Assembly: GCA_965198115.1 (NCBI GenBank)
Contig: OZ240241.1
Location: 1,184,001 to 1,248,000, forward strand
Source: Candidatus Latescibacterota bacterium
Lineage (GTDB): Bacteria > Latescibacterota > UBA2968
Length of the DNA stretch: 64,000 bases
Direction: 5' to 3'
This document shows positions 10,003 to 19,768 of the stretch, one piece after another. Below the pieces are notes generated by a model. That model ran no database searches. It was not told the DNA's origin and saw only the letters and a list, made by a program, of their open reading frames with translations. A program made the translations under genes and the position numbers. Each line of letters starts with the position of its first letter. The stretch's first letter is position 1.

Positions 10003-12035
10003 TCAAGGGCTGGAAAGGGAGAGCCGCTCGTGGTAGACCCTGAATGTCGACCGCTTCGTACGTGCCAACGCAGAGTCGATCAAGGCCTCGGTCTCCACAC
10101 CAAGACGGCTACGGTCATAGCTCGAAAAGAATCGCTCGTAGAAGTGATCGGGATGCACCGCCACCTCAACTGACAGACCCCTGGCTCCGGCCTTGTTTCT
10201 CCTGTACCGCCACCGCCACACCGCTCCCGCCGGAATCCGCGAGTCGTAGAGTTCCTCCTGACGATTCGAACCCAGAACAATATCGCGTCCGATCGCCCGC
10301 ACTTCCTCGCTCCCCCCGATGTATCGCTCCCTTTCGTCGTATGACCGCACGATCACGAACAGCTTGGGTGTCACATACGTCGGCAGATGGTGCCCGGCAC
10401 CCGTGTTCGTCACTTTGATGTCGACCCCCACTTGCCCGTTCGCGCGGGGCAATAGGTCTACACGCACTTCGATGGCCTCCCTGACCGTGGCGGGATCGTG
10501 AATACCCTTCCACGTGTGTGCTCGTTCGGGCATGTGACAGGTTTGACAAGCCAGCCCGTCCTCCGCTTGCGGGCTTGCCACCCACTCCGAGAAGGTGTCC
10601 TGAAGCAGCTTCCCGTTGAGACGTCGTCCCGATTCATCGAATTGATGGCACCTACTGCAGAATTCCGATTGGCTGTGGGCGGAGGTCGTGTGTGCACCAC
10701 CGTGCCCCGAGCCCAGCCAATCGGTGACGGGAGGCGTTTCGACGATCTTGGGACCGAATCGGACGTGTCGGCGTACGTGGCAAGCCAGACACGTAATCCC
10801 CTGGAGTTCCATCAGATTGTCATACCTGTAGTTGACTTCGTATCCACCGTCCTGTGTGGGGAGCATCGAGGCCTGCTCCGCATTCGGAGCGTGACAAGCG
10901 CGGCACCCTTCGGAGAAGGCGGGCGCGGTATACATCCGATCGTGGAACTGGCCCCTCACACCCGGGCCCATTGCCTTCGCGTGTAGACTACTCGACCACT
11001 CTTCGTATCGTCCGGCGTGGCAGGCCCCACACTCTTTTGGGCCCAACCCTGACGCGGTCGTGTCGTGGTAGGTGGGCGCGTTACCCTGCAGGGGTATCGG
11101 CGTTTTCTAGAAGACGCTCAGGAATTCCTCGGTCGAAACGGACGGCATGCCCGAATCCGCAGCGGTAAGTGTGGCGGCCATGAGGCGCTGCTGCTCCATC
11201 GGCAGGATCACGATGGGCTCGACCTGGTCGTGTGCGCTCAGAAACACTTCTGCTCGGTCCTTCGAGGGCAGATCGAGCCGTTTGCTCTGAGACCCGATTC
11301 GGTGACAGTGAGCACAGCCTTTCTGAGCGAACAGCCGCCTGCCTTCGTCAACGCTCCCAGACTCCGTCGGCGGGCTCGTGTGTTCTCGGCTAGCCCCCCG
11401 CAGGAGAAAGACGGCCAGGTCTTGCGCCTGCTCGGCGGTCAGGTCGAACAAGGGCATGCGGGTGTTGGGCACGAGTCGTGCGGGTTGTTCCAGATACGCG
11501 GCCAGCCAGTCGACCCGAACCTTGGCTCCGAGTCCATCCAGCGTCATCGCCTGGTTTGTCCCGAGGCCTTACAGCGAAGACACTGGTTCATGTCGAAGAG
11601 CCGCTTACCTTCGCCGGCATTGCCACCCACACTCCGCTCGAGCAGAATGGCCTGAGTCGACAAGAAAGCCACCAGATCCGACCGCTCCTGATCGGTGAGA
11701 GGCACGCGAGGCATTTTACTATCAGGCTGAGTTTTCGACGGATTCTCGAGGAACCGATCGAGCCAGCCCGGGGTCGTCTTGCTGCCCACGGAGTCGAGAT
11801 CCGGCCCCCAGCGACCCCGGTAGGGCGGCACGTCAAGGTCGTGGCACGTGATGTATCCATAGAAACGAAGGAGCCCAACGCCGGCGGGGCTTGGAGACCG
11901 GGGATCGACGTTGCGCGTCCGTTCAGGCACAACCCCACTGCGTCTCTCCACGCTTTCGATGACGACGTCGCGTACCAACGGGTGCACCTCTGCGGCGCCT
12001 GCAGAACACGTGGTGCCCAGGAGCGTAAAGACCAA
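10003..12035 (-). pseudogene. Decayed multiheme cytochrome c (probably 8 hemes originally)
   Basis: Three fragments with six intact CxxCH motifs. Also YITCH, CLRCK plus a frameshift near 11560, and an in-frame TAG at 11107-11109 (F*KTPIPLQG). Start is approximate. Confidence 0.8.
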
Positions 12036-12038
12036 AAA

Positions 12039-12066
12039 AACGGGGCGACCCCGAGGCCGCCCCGTT
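12039..12066 (-). terminator. Intrinsic terminator after arsM
   Basis: On the minus strand: AACGGGGCGGCC-TCGG-GGTCGCCCCGTT followed by a T-run. Confidence 0.8.
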
Positions 12067-12091
12067 CGATTGCGTCTGGTCTGGCAGAAAC

Positions 12092-13063
12092 CTAGCAGCA
12101 TCCCCCGCCGCCGTAGTGGTAGGTCGACTCGGTCACGTGAAGATCGCTCCGGTGCAGGCTATCGAAAAAGGCACCGGTCTTGTCGCAGACGGCGAGGGGC
12201 ACATCGGGTGTAATTATGTGCCCCTTGCCATCGTCGAATGCCTCCTCGTGCCCGGTGTAGAACACCACCTTTCCGGTAAAGATGCACGGGCCATCTTCCG
12301 GCATAGGGTCGTTGAACGCGGCGATCTCTACAGTTTCGAGCAGAATGTCGTCGTCGACGTGGTATCGGTCCCGGTCGAGGATCCGATACGGACGCCGCCC
12401 ACGGATTTCGACGGTGCCGAACCCTGCGTCCGTAATCTGTTCGAGATAGGTCTCGAGTGGGACCGCTCCCGACAGGCATTCTGCCCGAAGACGTTCATCC
12501 GAGCGGAGACGTTCGGGGATAATCGACTGACAGATCGGATCGGATATGACTAGGGCTCCACCTCGGGTCAGTGCGCGGCGCATTTCCCGGAGCGAGCGCT
12601 GAAGATCCTCGGCCAAAAAGATGTTGAACAAACAGTTCTGAGCCGCCAGGTCGACGGACCCATCGGGAACGGGCAGATCGAGTGCATCACCTTCCCTCAG
12701 GGTGACGAACGATGGATCGAACCAGTCGTTCAAATCGGCGGCAATCTCGAAGTTAGCAGCTGCCTTTTGGAGCATTTCAGGAACGTTGTCGACCGCAATC
12801 ACAGATCCCGGGCGCCTCGTAAAGTAGGCGAATTGGAGCGCTTCCATCCCACCGCCCACACCCACGTAAAGAACGGTCATGTCCGATCGGAGATCGCCAA
12901 AGTGCACTGTCGTCCCGCATCCGTAGTTCATTTCAGACATCTCTCGCGGGATCACGAGACCCGGTAGCGAGAAAGGAGCCGACGTCGTGCAACACAACGA
13001 AGCCTGTGGTTCGAGGGCGGCTTCTCGATAAAGATCCCGAGTTGTCTCAAGATAGCTGTTCAT
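12092..13063 (-). CDS. arsM: Arsenite methyltransferase, arsenosugar-biosynthesis type
   Basis: LCC, MNYGCG, VLYVGVGGG (SAM binding), QNCLFN, ECLSGA, DGPC and C-terminal YGGGGCC, as in cyanobacterial ArsM. Adjacent to arsS. Confidence 0.9.
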   Translation of the reverse strand: MNSYLETTRDLYREAALEPQASLCCTTSAPFSLPGLVIPREMSEMNYGCGTTVHFGDLRSDMTVLYVGVGGGMEALQFAYFTRRPGSVIAVDNVPEMLQKAAANFEIAADLNDWFDPSFVTLREGDALDLPVPDGSVDLAAQNCLFNIFLAEDLQRSLREMRRALTRGGALVISDPICQSIIPERLRSDERLRAECLSGAVPLETYLEQITDAGFGTVEIRGRRPYRILDRDRYHVDDDILLETVEIAAFNDPMPEDGPCIFTGKVVFYTGHEEAFDDGKGHIITPDVPLAVCDKTGAFFDSLHRSDLHVTESTYHYGGGGCC

Positions 13064-13122
13064 GCTGTCTCCCTGACTTCAGTATCGAGACTTCCTGGTC
13101 TGTTTTCTGACAGCCCGTCGGC

Positions 13123-14145
13123 TCAGACGAGCTCGCCTCCGCAGCTGCTGCCCGCTCCTGCGGTGCATCCGTAACAATGGTCGCCGATCCGGATCCGGTT
13201 ATGGGCCAACTGTGTTGGCGTGTATTCCCAGAGCTTTCTGGGTGTGTCGTCAATGTGCATGTCGAGCATCTGATTGAAGTCACAATCGTAGAGATGTCCC
13301 TGCCAATCGACGCTGACCAAAGACCGGCACATGATATGCGGCAGGGTTTGTAGATTGAAGTTCTCCTCCAGGAGCCGCATGTAATTCGAGTACTCACCCC
13401 GTCGTCTGAGAAAACCCTCGAAACGGTTGATCGGCATGTTCGTGATGGTATACAGCTGATTGAACACGATGCCGAACCGTTCGATCAGTTCCTCACGATA
13501 GTCGGCGGTCAGCTCCTCCTGGGGAGGTGGGAGCACTGGTCCGACAGGGTTGTAGACCAGGTGCAGGCTTAGATCCGTTCCCGGACGCCCATAACCGATA
13601 CCATTGAGGACCTGAAGCGCACGAATACTCTTCTCGAAGACACCTTTTCCGCGCTGGCTGTCTACATTTTCTTCCAAGTAGCACGGCAGCGAACAGACCA
13701 GTTCGCAGTCGTTCTCTAAGTAAAATGAAGGAAGGTCTTCCTGGTCGGGCTCGAAAATGACGGTGAGGTTGCACCGGATCATCACGTCCCTGCCCAAGAC
13801 CCGAACTTCACGGACGAAGCGTCGGAATGAGGGGTTCAGTTCTGGAGCGCCACCCGTGATGTCCACGGTCTGAATCTCTGATGCCTCGAGGAACTCCAGA
13901 ACCCGCTCCATCGACGCCCACGTCATCAGCTCGGTTCTGGTTGGTCCCGCATCCACGTGGCAGTGATGGCAAGCCTGATTACATAGCTTTCCGACATTCA
14001 CCTGCAGCGTCTCCAGCGAGGTTCGGGCCAGATCGACCCCCTCGTTCGAAAGCCGATGCGCGAAGCTCTGAACTTCGCGGTCGGACTCATCCTGGATGTT
14101 GAGCAGCTGATGTTGGACTGGCGGGCTGCCGCCCCCATCGACCAT
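13123..14145 (-). CDS. arsS: Arsenosugar-biosynthesis radical SAM protein (DUF3641)
   Basis: LQVNVGKLCNQACHHCHV (CX3CX2C), DITGGAPELN, YDCDFNQML, HCYGCTAGAGSSCGG. Confidence 0.93.
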   Translation of the reverse strand: MVDGGGSPPVQHQLLNIQDESDREVQSFAHRLSNEGVDLARTSLETLQVNVGKLCNQACHHCHVDAGPTRTELMTWASMERVLEFLEASEIQTVDITGGAPELNPSFRRFVREVRVLGRDVMIRCNLTVIFEPDQEDLPSFYLENDCELVCSLPCYLEENVDSQRGKGVFEKSIRALQVLNGIGYGRPGTDLSLHLVYNPVGPVLPPPQEELTADYREELIERFGIVFNQLYTITNMPINRFEGFLRRRGEYSNYMRLLEENFNLQTLPHIMCRSLVSVDWQGHLYDCDFNQMLDMHIDDTPRKLWEYTPTQLAHNRIRIGDHCYGCTAGAGSSCGGELV

Positions 14146-14167
14146 GTGAACCTCTTTAACTAAACCT

Positions 14168-14797
14168 TGGTAAGCCCCCGGCTCTGCCGGGGAGACTCCC
14201 AGAGTTTGACAGTTCCAGAAATATGTAAGAGCCTCCCTTGTGCCGTGGACCGCTCAAAGCACACAGAAGGAAGGCTCTCTAATGAACAACGTAAGGAGTA
14301 TACGTCACACGGTATGGGAGTGCAAGTATCACGTTGTTTGGGTTCCGAAGTATCGTAGAAAAGTGTTGTATGGTGAAATTCGTCGCTATCTGGGCGAGGT
14401 GATTCGGGATCTGGCCGAAGAAGGAATGCCGTGTGGAAGAGGGTCACCTGCGATCCGACCATGTGCACACGTTGATTTCGATCCCGCCGAAGCACTCAGT
14501 AGCTCAGACGGTAGGGTTCATCAAAGGAAAGAGTGCGATTCACATTGCTCGGAACTATCTGGGACGTAGGTCGAACTTCACCGGGCAGCATTTCTGGGCA
14601 AGAGGCTACTGGGTCTCCACCGTTGGCAAGGATGAACAGACGGTTCGGGAGTATATCCAGAACCAGGAGCGGGAGGACCGGCGTCTCGACCAGCTCAACA
14701 TTTTCAGGTAATCGCCACCTTTAGGTGGCGCTTGGTTTCCAACCGCTTTGAGCGGTTCACAAGTTTTCAAGCCTCCGGCTTTGCCGGAGGTCATGAC
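14168..14797 (+). mobile_element. IS200/IS605-family (IS200-type, tnpA only) element
   Basis: Subterminal hairpins CCCCGGC-TCT-GCCGGGG (about 14176-14192) and CCTCCGGC-TTT-GCCGGAGG (14772-14790). No TSD seen; ends are approximate. Confidence 0.85.
14282..14711 (+). pseudogene. tnpA: Y1 HUH transposase TnpA, frameshifted near 14420
   Basis: HTVWECKYHVVWVPKYRRK in one frame; DHVH, KGKS, FWARGY and EYIQNQ in another. Confidence 0.9.
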
Positions 14798-14853
14798 TTG
14801 TGGGTGAGTCCCCGGCTAAGACGCGATGAATATAGGATGTTTCATCTTCACCC

Positions 14854-16521
14854 TCAACGTCGAGGGGAAACCGCCCGGTCCAATGCTTCCTCCAGCTGGT
14901 TCAGGCCACGTTCGAGATCGCCTAAATGACACCGTAGGACACGACGTCCCCGTCCATTGAGAGCCTGTGCGTCGCCAAGTGCCTGGGCCCGGCAGAGGGC
15001 ATCGAACGAATAGCCCAAACCAGGCACCGTTGCATCTCCGTGCGGCTCGCACGTAATGATGACGAACACACCCGTGTTGGGGCCACCCTTGTGAAATTGT
15101 CCGGTCGAATGAAGGAATCTGGGGCCGAACCCAAGGGTGGTGGCGATCCCGAGCCGCTGGCCGAGCGTCGCTCTGACGGCCTGCAGCTTTCGCTCGATCT
15201 CAGGACGCATGTCGACGAACGCACACAGGGCGATATAGTCGTGTGGATCGATCCCCTCTACAAACCGCGCGAAAACCTCTACGAACGTATCGAGGGCTGA
15301 ATCGGCGTAGACAGCGATTTCCTGATCGGTCAGCGCCGGCTCGGTGTCTGGCAACTCGCCGGAGGACACGTAATCTGAAATGAGAGCCGCGGTGATGTCC
15401 TTGCTTTCCTGCACGTTCGGTTGGTCGAAGGGGTTCACTTTCATCAGCGCGCCGATCCCGGCAGTTGCCACCTCCCACCGGAAAAACTCACCTGTCAGAT
15501 CCCAGATCGTCTCAGTCGTGACGACGACCACTGGGTGATCCGCTGCGACTAGCTGGTCGGCACGATCCAACAACGCGGGATCCTCCCCTTCCTGCACCAG
15601 AACGAACATTCGGTCGGCAGAATATTGGCTGGAAGAAAAGAGCGGCTCGTCGACCACAGGGCAAACGCCGGTTTGCTGCTTGCCCGTACTCTCTGCGATG
15701 AGCTGCTCGATCCACGCGCCCAGCCGCTGTATCGATGGTGACAGCTGGAGCGTCATTTTATCCCGTCCAGCCATCGCCGCAGCACCGATAGCCGCGCCGA
15801 GGAGCAGGCCCGGATTCTCATTCACCGGCACATTCAACCCACACGCCACGTGCATCTGGCCAGCGCTTTGCAAAAACCGCTCGAGGTCGATGCCCACAAG
15901 GGCGGCTGGAACCAGACCGAATTGAGAGAGGGCCGAAAACCTCCCGCCAATCTCTGGCTCCCCGTAAAAAACGTGCCTGAAGGATCGCTCGTAAGCCACG
16001 GATTCGAGTGACGAGCCCGGATCGGTAATAGCGATGAATCGCGATCCGTCCTGCTCCGATCTATCGTAGAAATATTCCAGGAATGCGTTGGGCTCGGTCG
16101 TGGAGCCCGATTTGCTGGCCACGATGAACCAGGTCCTGTCTAATTCGATACGAGCATCGGTTCCCCGCACCTGATCGGGAACGGTGGAATCCAGAACCGT
16201 CAGACGCGGCCCGTCGACCACCCCTCCGAACGTCCAGGCCAGAACCTCGGGGCAGAGACTGCTCCCCCCCATTCCAAGCAATACCACGTGTTCGACGCCC
16301 GTTCTCCTTGCCTCGTCGAACAGTGGGGCTGCCTCTGTTGCCCAACTGTTCGCCTTGAGCGGCGCGTCCAGCCAGCCCAGCCATCGATCCTCACCGGTCC
16401 CCGTCCACAGCGTCGGGTCGCGTTCCCACAAGCGCCGCCCGGCCTCCATCTGCGCGAGCTGGTCTTTCGCTTCATCGAATGCGGCCTGAAGCGGACCCAT
16501 GATATACTCGACGTTCTCCAT
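14854..16521 (-). CDS. pgi: Glucose-6-phosphate isomerase-like protein (Pgi domain of the Tal/Pgi type)
   Basis: WLGWL, LGMGGSSL, SKSGSTTE, ITDPGS, GGRFSAL, EQLIAESTGK, NPFDQPNVQ, LHSTGQFHKGG. Confidence 0.88.
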   Translation of the reverse strand: MENVEYIMGPLQAAFDEAKDQLAQMEAGRRLWERDPTLWTGTGEDRWLGWLDAPLKANSWATEAAPLFDEARRTGVEHVVLLGMGGSSLCPEVLAWTFGGVVDGPRLTVLDSTVPDQVRGTDARIELDRTWFIVASKSGSTTEPNAFLEYFYDRSEQDGSRFIAITDPGSSLESVAYERSFRHVFYGEPEIGGRFSALSQFGLVPAALVGIDLERFLQSAGQMHVACGLNVPVNENPGLLLGAAIGAAAMAGRDKMTLQLSPSIQRLGAWIEQLIAESTGKQQTGVCPVVDEPLFSSSQYSADRMFVLVQEGEDPALLDRADQLVAADHPVVVVTTETIWDLTGEFFRWEVATAGIGALMKVNPFDQPNVQESKDITAALISDYVSSGELPDTEPALTDQEIAVYADSALDTFVEVFARFVEGIDPHDYIALCAFVDMRPEIERKLQAVRATLGQRLGIATTLGFGPRFLHSTGQFHKGGPNTGVFVIITCEPHGDATVPGLGYSFDALCRAQALGDAQALNGRGRRVLRCHLGDLERGLNQLEEALDRAVSPRR

Positions 16522-16540
16522 CCCCGGCTCCTGATGTGCT

Positions 16541-17338
16541 CTACATCCCTGATGCTGTTTTCTGATCGTTCAGGCCCCAATCATACTCGAGATAATCAAC
16601 CTTGATCGAAGACGCTTCTTTGAGCCGGCGCGCCTTCTCCGATGGCAGATACCGTACGACATAGTCCACGATCTGGGCATCGACGACCTGCTGTTCCCGC
16701 TGCAGCCATCCGGTGAAGTCTTCTTCGAACCACGACAGGATTTTCGATAGAGTGACACCCTGGCCGTCTGAATGGAGCCGGACGTTTCGGTCCTCGTTCA
16801 GAAAGAAGCGCATCGCACCATCCAGCCGCTCATCGAGCGTTTCGGCTACGAACGCTCGATTTTCAAGCCGGGGACAACTGACAGACGCGCAGTTGATGGC
16901 CGCGTGAATCCGGGGATCGCCGAATTCGGCACGGATGATGTTGTGTTCGATGTCGTTCAACGTGTACTGCTCGGAGCCGACGGTGTGGCGCGTTCGGTTG
17001 AAGAAGCCGGAAAGAATCTTGATGTCCTTGACGGACGCGACAGGGTATGCGGCGATCACACCCTTGATCGTCAACGCATTGTAGGCATTGATCCAGTAGG
17101 CCAGCGCATCCTCCCGTGCAGGAAAACGATCGGGATGGCTTTGGGGGCTGACCGATCCGAGCGAGTCGACATACATCTCCAGGTCGGATGGACGCGCCTT
17201 CAATGCCTCGTAGTCCACGTATCCCGTTGCGTCGACGTGCTGGCTCAGGACCCGGTCGAACACCGAATGGTCGAAGGGCTCTGCGTGGGCAGCTCCAGAG
17301 GCGACCGCGAACACGGCCAAACAGAGAAGGTATTTCAT
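16541..17338 (-). CDS. Secreted DUF547 domain protein
   Basis: Signal peptide, then LAYWINAYNA, TLNDIEH, DPRIHAAINCASVSCP, YDWGLN. Confidence 0.9.
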   Translation of the reverse strand: MKYLLCLAVFAVASGAAHAEPFDHSVFDRVLSQHVDATGYVDYEALKARPSDLEMYVDSLGSVSPQSHPDRFPAREDALAYWINAYNALTIKGVIAAYPVASVKDIKILSGFFNRTRHTVGSEQYTLNDIEHNIIRAEFGDPRIHAAINCASVSCPRLENRAFVAETLDERLDGAMRFFLNEDRNVRLHSDGQGVTLSKILSWFEEDFTGWLQREQQVVDAQIVDYVVRYLPSEKARRLKEASSIKVDYLEYDWGLNDQKTASGM

Positions 17339-18060
17339 GTCGATGCTTCCTTGAGTGCTCTTTGCGCGATTCTGGTGATCATCACCGTGACCGCGATCGT
17401 CGCCACCAACCCCACCGCGAGGAATACGTACTCCTGTGTTGATTTCTCGACACCGCCTGCCGTGGCTTGCAATCCAGCTTTTCCAGCAACTCCCAGGTAA
17501 GTGTAGAGAACAGTTCCGGGGATCATGCCGGCCCAGCTGGCGATCACGTAGGGAACAAAACGAACCGCCGTAAGGCCATAGAGGTAATTGCTCAGACTGA
17601 ATGGAATGGCCGGACTCAGCCGGAGCAGGCCGACGATCTTCCAACCCTGCTCTCCGATCGCCCGATCGATCGCGCCAAAACGAGGACTGGCTTCGGCTTT
17701 TTTGGCAACCCATTCCCTCGCGAAGTATCGGGAGATCAGAAAGGCACAGGAAGCACCGGTCGTTGAGGCCACGGAGACGATCACCGTGCCCCACATCACG
17801 CCGAAGAGAAAGCCTGCCCCGATCGTGAGGATCGATCCCGGAATGAACAGAACGGTCGCCGCGACGTAGGCGACAACGTAGACCACGATCCCCTTCGTGC
17901 CGAGTCCAGCGACCCAGACGTTGAAGTCGCTGAGCCACTCCCCGATCGGAAGGTAGGACCGCACGTAGACCAGGGCCACGACCACGGCGACAGCGGCCAC
18001 CCACTTCCAGGGAAACGGTCTCCGCTCGGACACCGCAGGCCCATCGCCTCGTCCGCCCAT
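17335..18060 (-). CDS. TVP38/TMEM64 (DedA/SNARE-associated) membrane protein
   Basis: PGSILTIGAGFLFG, LLRLSPAIPF..NY, GMIPGT. Confidence 0.9.
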   Translation of the reverse strand: MGGRGDGPAVSERRPFPWKWVAAVAVVVALVYVRSYLPIGEWLSDFNVWVAGLGTKGIVVYVVAYVAATVLFIPGSILTIGAGFLFGVMWGTVIVSVASTTGASCAFLISRYFAREWVAKKAEASPRFGAIDRAIGEQGWKIVGLLRLSPAIPFSLSNYLYGLTAVRFVPYVIASWAGMIPGTVLYTYLGVAGKAGLQATAGGVEKSTQEYVFLAVGLVATIAVTVMITRIAQRALKEAST

Positions 18061-18062
18061 CG

Positions 18063-19538
18063 TCACGCCCCCCGCTGCCGACGGTAGAGCCAGCCGAAGA
18101 TCGATCGTGCCCGGGGCGTGAGGCGAGTCCTGTTGTACTGATCTCCCAACTTCCGCGCGATTTCGGCGAACGTCGGGTAGGCGTGGATTGTCGTCGCAAT
18201 CCCACGAAGACCGATATCGTGATTCATAGCGAGCACGAACTCGTGCAGTAGGTCTCCCGCGTGCGCGCCTACCAGCGTAACCCCCAGAATCCTGTCCCCA
18301 CCCTTCTCCGTCAGGATCTTCGCGTAGCCCTTTTCCTCGCTCTCCACAATGTTTCGATCGACGTCTTGTAGCTCCTGCTTGTAAAGATCGTAGGCAATAC
18401 CCTTTTCCTCTGCTTCGTTCTCGCTCAGACCCGCGTGGGCGACTTCGGGGTCGGTGTAGGTCGCCCAAGGAACGACCTTCATGGTCGCCTTCTGACGGAG
18501 GAACTGGAACGGCATCAGGACATTTCGAATGGCAATGCGTGCTTGGGCATCGGCCGTGTGCGTAAACTGATACGGACCGGCGATGTCTCCGGCCGCGTAG
18601 ATGTGTTTCCGATTCGTCTGAAGGTATTCGTTCACCGGAATCCCGTGCCGTTCGTAGGCAACGCCGGCTGCCTCCAAGTTCAAGTCCTCTACGTTAGGAA
18701 TGCGCCCCGCGGCAATGAGCACGGCGTCTGTGTCGAGTGTAATCGGCGTTTCGCCGTCGTCGCCCGTGCGCTGCGAGGCTTCGAGATGAATCGACCCGTT
18801 GCGCCGTTCCGCTGTCTTGAGACTCGTGTTAGTCAAGACACGTACGCCTTCTGTTTCGAGCTGATCCTGCACGAAACGTGCGACGTCGATGTCTTCCTTC
18901 CCCATGATTTGGGGCATGAATTCCACGAGGGTGACCTCGACCCCCAGTCGATTGAAAACCTGTCCGAGTTCACAGCCGATTGGGCCCGCTCCGACGACCA
19001 CGAGCCTCTCAGGCTTCTCGTTCAGGTTGTCGAAGATGGTCTCGTTCGTGAAGTAAGGCACATTCTCGATCCCCTCGATCGGCGGAATGCCCGCGCGACG
19101 ACCTGTGGCGATCACGAAGTGCTTCGATCTCAACACGGTATGGCCGTCGATTTCAACCTCATTGGGCGACAAGAACCTAGCTTGCCCTTTGAACACGTCG
19201 ACACCCAGGCTCTCGAATCGCTCCTCCGAGTCATTCGGCTCGATTCGGGCGCGTCGTGCTCGCATGCGCTCGAATACGTTCGTAAACTCGAAGCTGGGTT
19301 CCATCTTTCCGAGTCCGTATTTCTGTGCGTGGCGTATGGTCTCTATGGCACGTGTCGACGAGATCAAAGCCTTGCTCGGCACACATCCGAAGTTCAGACA
19401 GTCCCCACCCATCTTGTGCCGCTCGATCAGGGCAACCCGTCCACCGAGTCCCGCGGTGCCCGCCGCCGTCACCAGGCCAGCGGTCCCGGCTCCGATGACC
19501 ACCACGTTGTAGGTCCCGTTTCCTCTTGCTTCAGCCAT
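18063..19538 (-). CDS. Mercuric-reductase-like pyridine nucleotide-disulfide oxidoreductase
   Basis: GAGTAG, GGDCLNFGCVPSK, GAGPIG, HAYPT. No C-terminal Cys-Cys, so not a true MerA. Confidence 0.9.
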   Translation of the reverse strand: MAEARGNGTYNVVVIGAGTAGLVTAAGTAGLGGRVALIERHKMGGDCLNFGCVPSKALISSTRAIETIRHAQKYGLGKMEPSFEFTNVFERMRARRARIEPNDSEERFESLGVDVFKGQARFLSPNEVEIDGHTVLRSKHFVIATGRRAGIPPIEGIENVPYFTNETIFDNLNEKPERLVVVGAGPIGCELGQVFNRLGVEVTLVEFMPQIMGKEDIDVARFVQDQLETEGVRVLTNTSLKTAERRNGSIHLEASQRTGDDGETPITLDTDAVLIAAGRIPNVEDLNLEAAGVAYERHGIPVNEYLQTNRKHIYAAGDIAGPYQFTHTADAQARIAIRNVLMPFQFLRQKATMKVVPWATYTDPEVAHAGLSENEAEEKGIAYDLYKQELQDVDRNIVESEEKGYAKILTEKGGDRILGVTLVGAHAGDLLHEFVLAMNHDIGLRGIATTIHAYPTFAEIARKLGDQYNRTRLTPRARSIFGWLYRRQRGA

Positions 19539-19768
19539 GTGATTCCCCGGTTTGTCGTGTCCCGCACTTTCAGCGACCGATCGTGATTCCCTCCACATAG
19601 TGGATCGCAATTGCTATGTCAGTAGCCTGGCGTTACGTGGACCGACACTCAACCTGTTGAAACGCAAGGTGTTACTCCGATGATTGGAGGGATGTGATCA
19701 GGTGCTGTTTCTCATCAACCGCTTCGATCCAGGCTCGCTAATCGTCGCCTCTCACGAAAGCGTGAGGG

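Noticed and set aside
11107-11109. Programmed amber readthrough (pyrrolysine) in the cytochrome
   Set aside because: The context suggests TGG to TAG, the gene has other lesions, and no pyl genes are in the window.
13123-13160. Selenocysteine in the ArsS C-terminal GSS(C/U)GG motif
   Set aside because: The codon is TGC (Cys); there is no in-frame TGA.
14168-14797. TnpB/IscB RNA-guided nuclease in the IS200/IS605 element
   Set aside because: The element is only about 630 bp and holds tnpA alone.
16541-18468. Long N-terminal extensions in the ORF track (DUF547, TVP38, also 2482-3525, 38079-39521, 42418-44265, 59678-63736)
   Set aside because: The extensions are Arg-rich junk overlapping real upstream genes; downstream starts with coupling or an RBS fit better.
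18063-19538. Mercuric reductase MerA
   Set aside because: No C-terminal Cys-Cys pair, no NmerA domain and no mer genes; it fits the MerA-like enzyme of arsS neighbourhoods.
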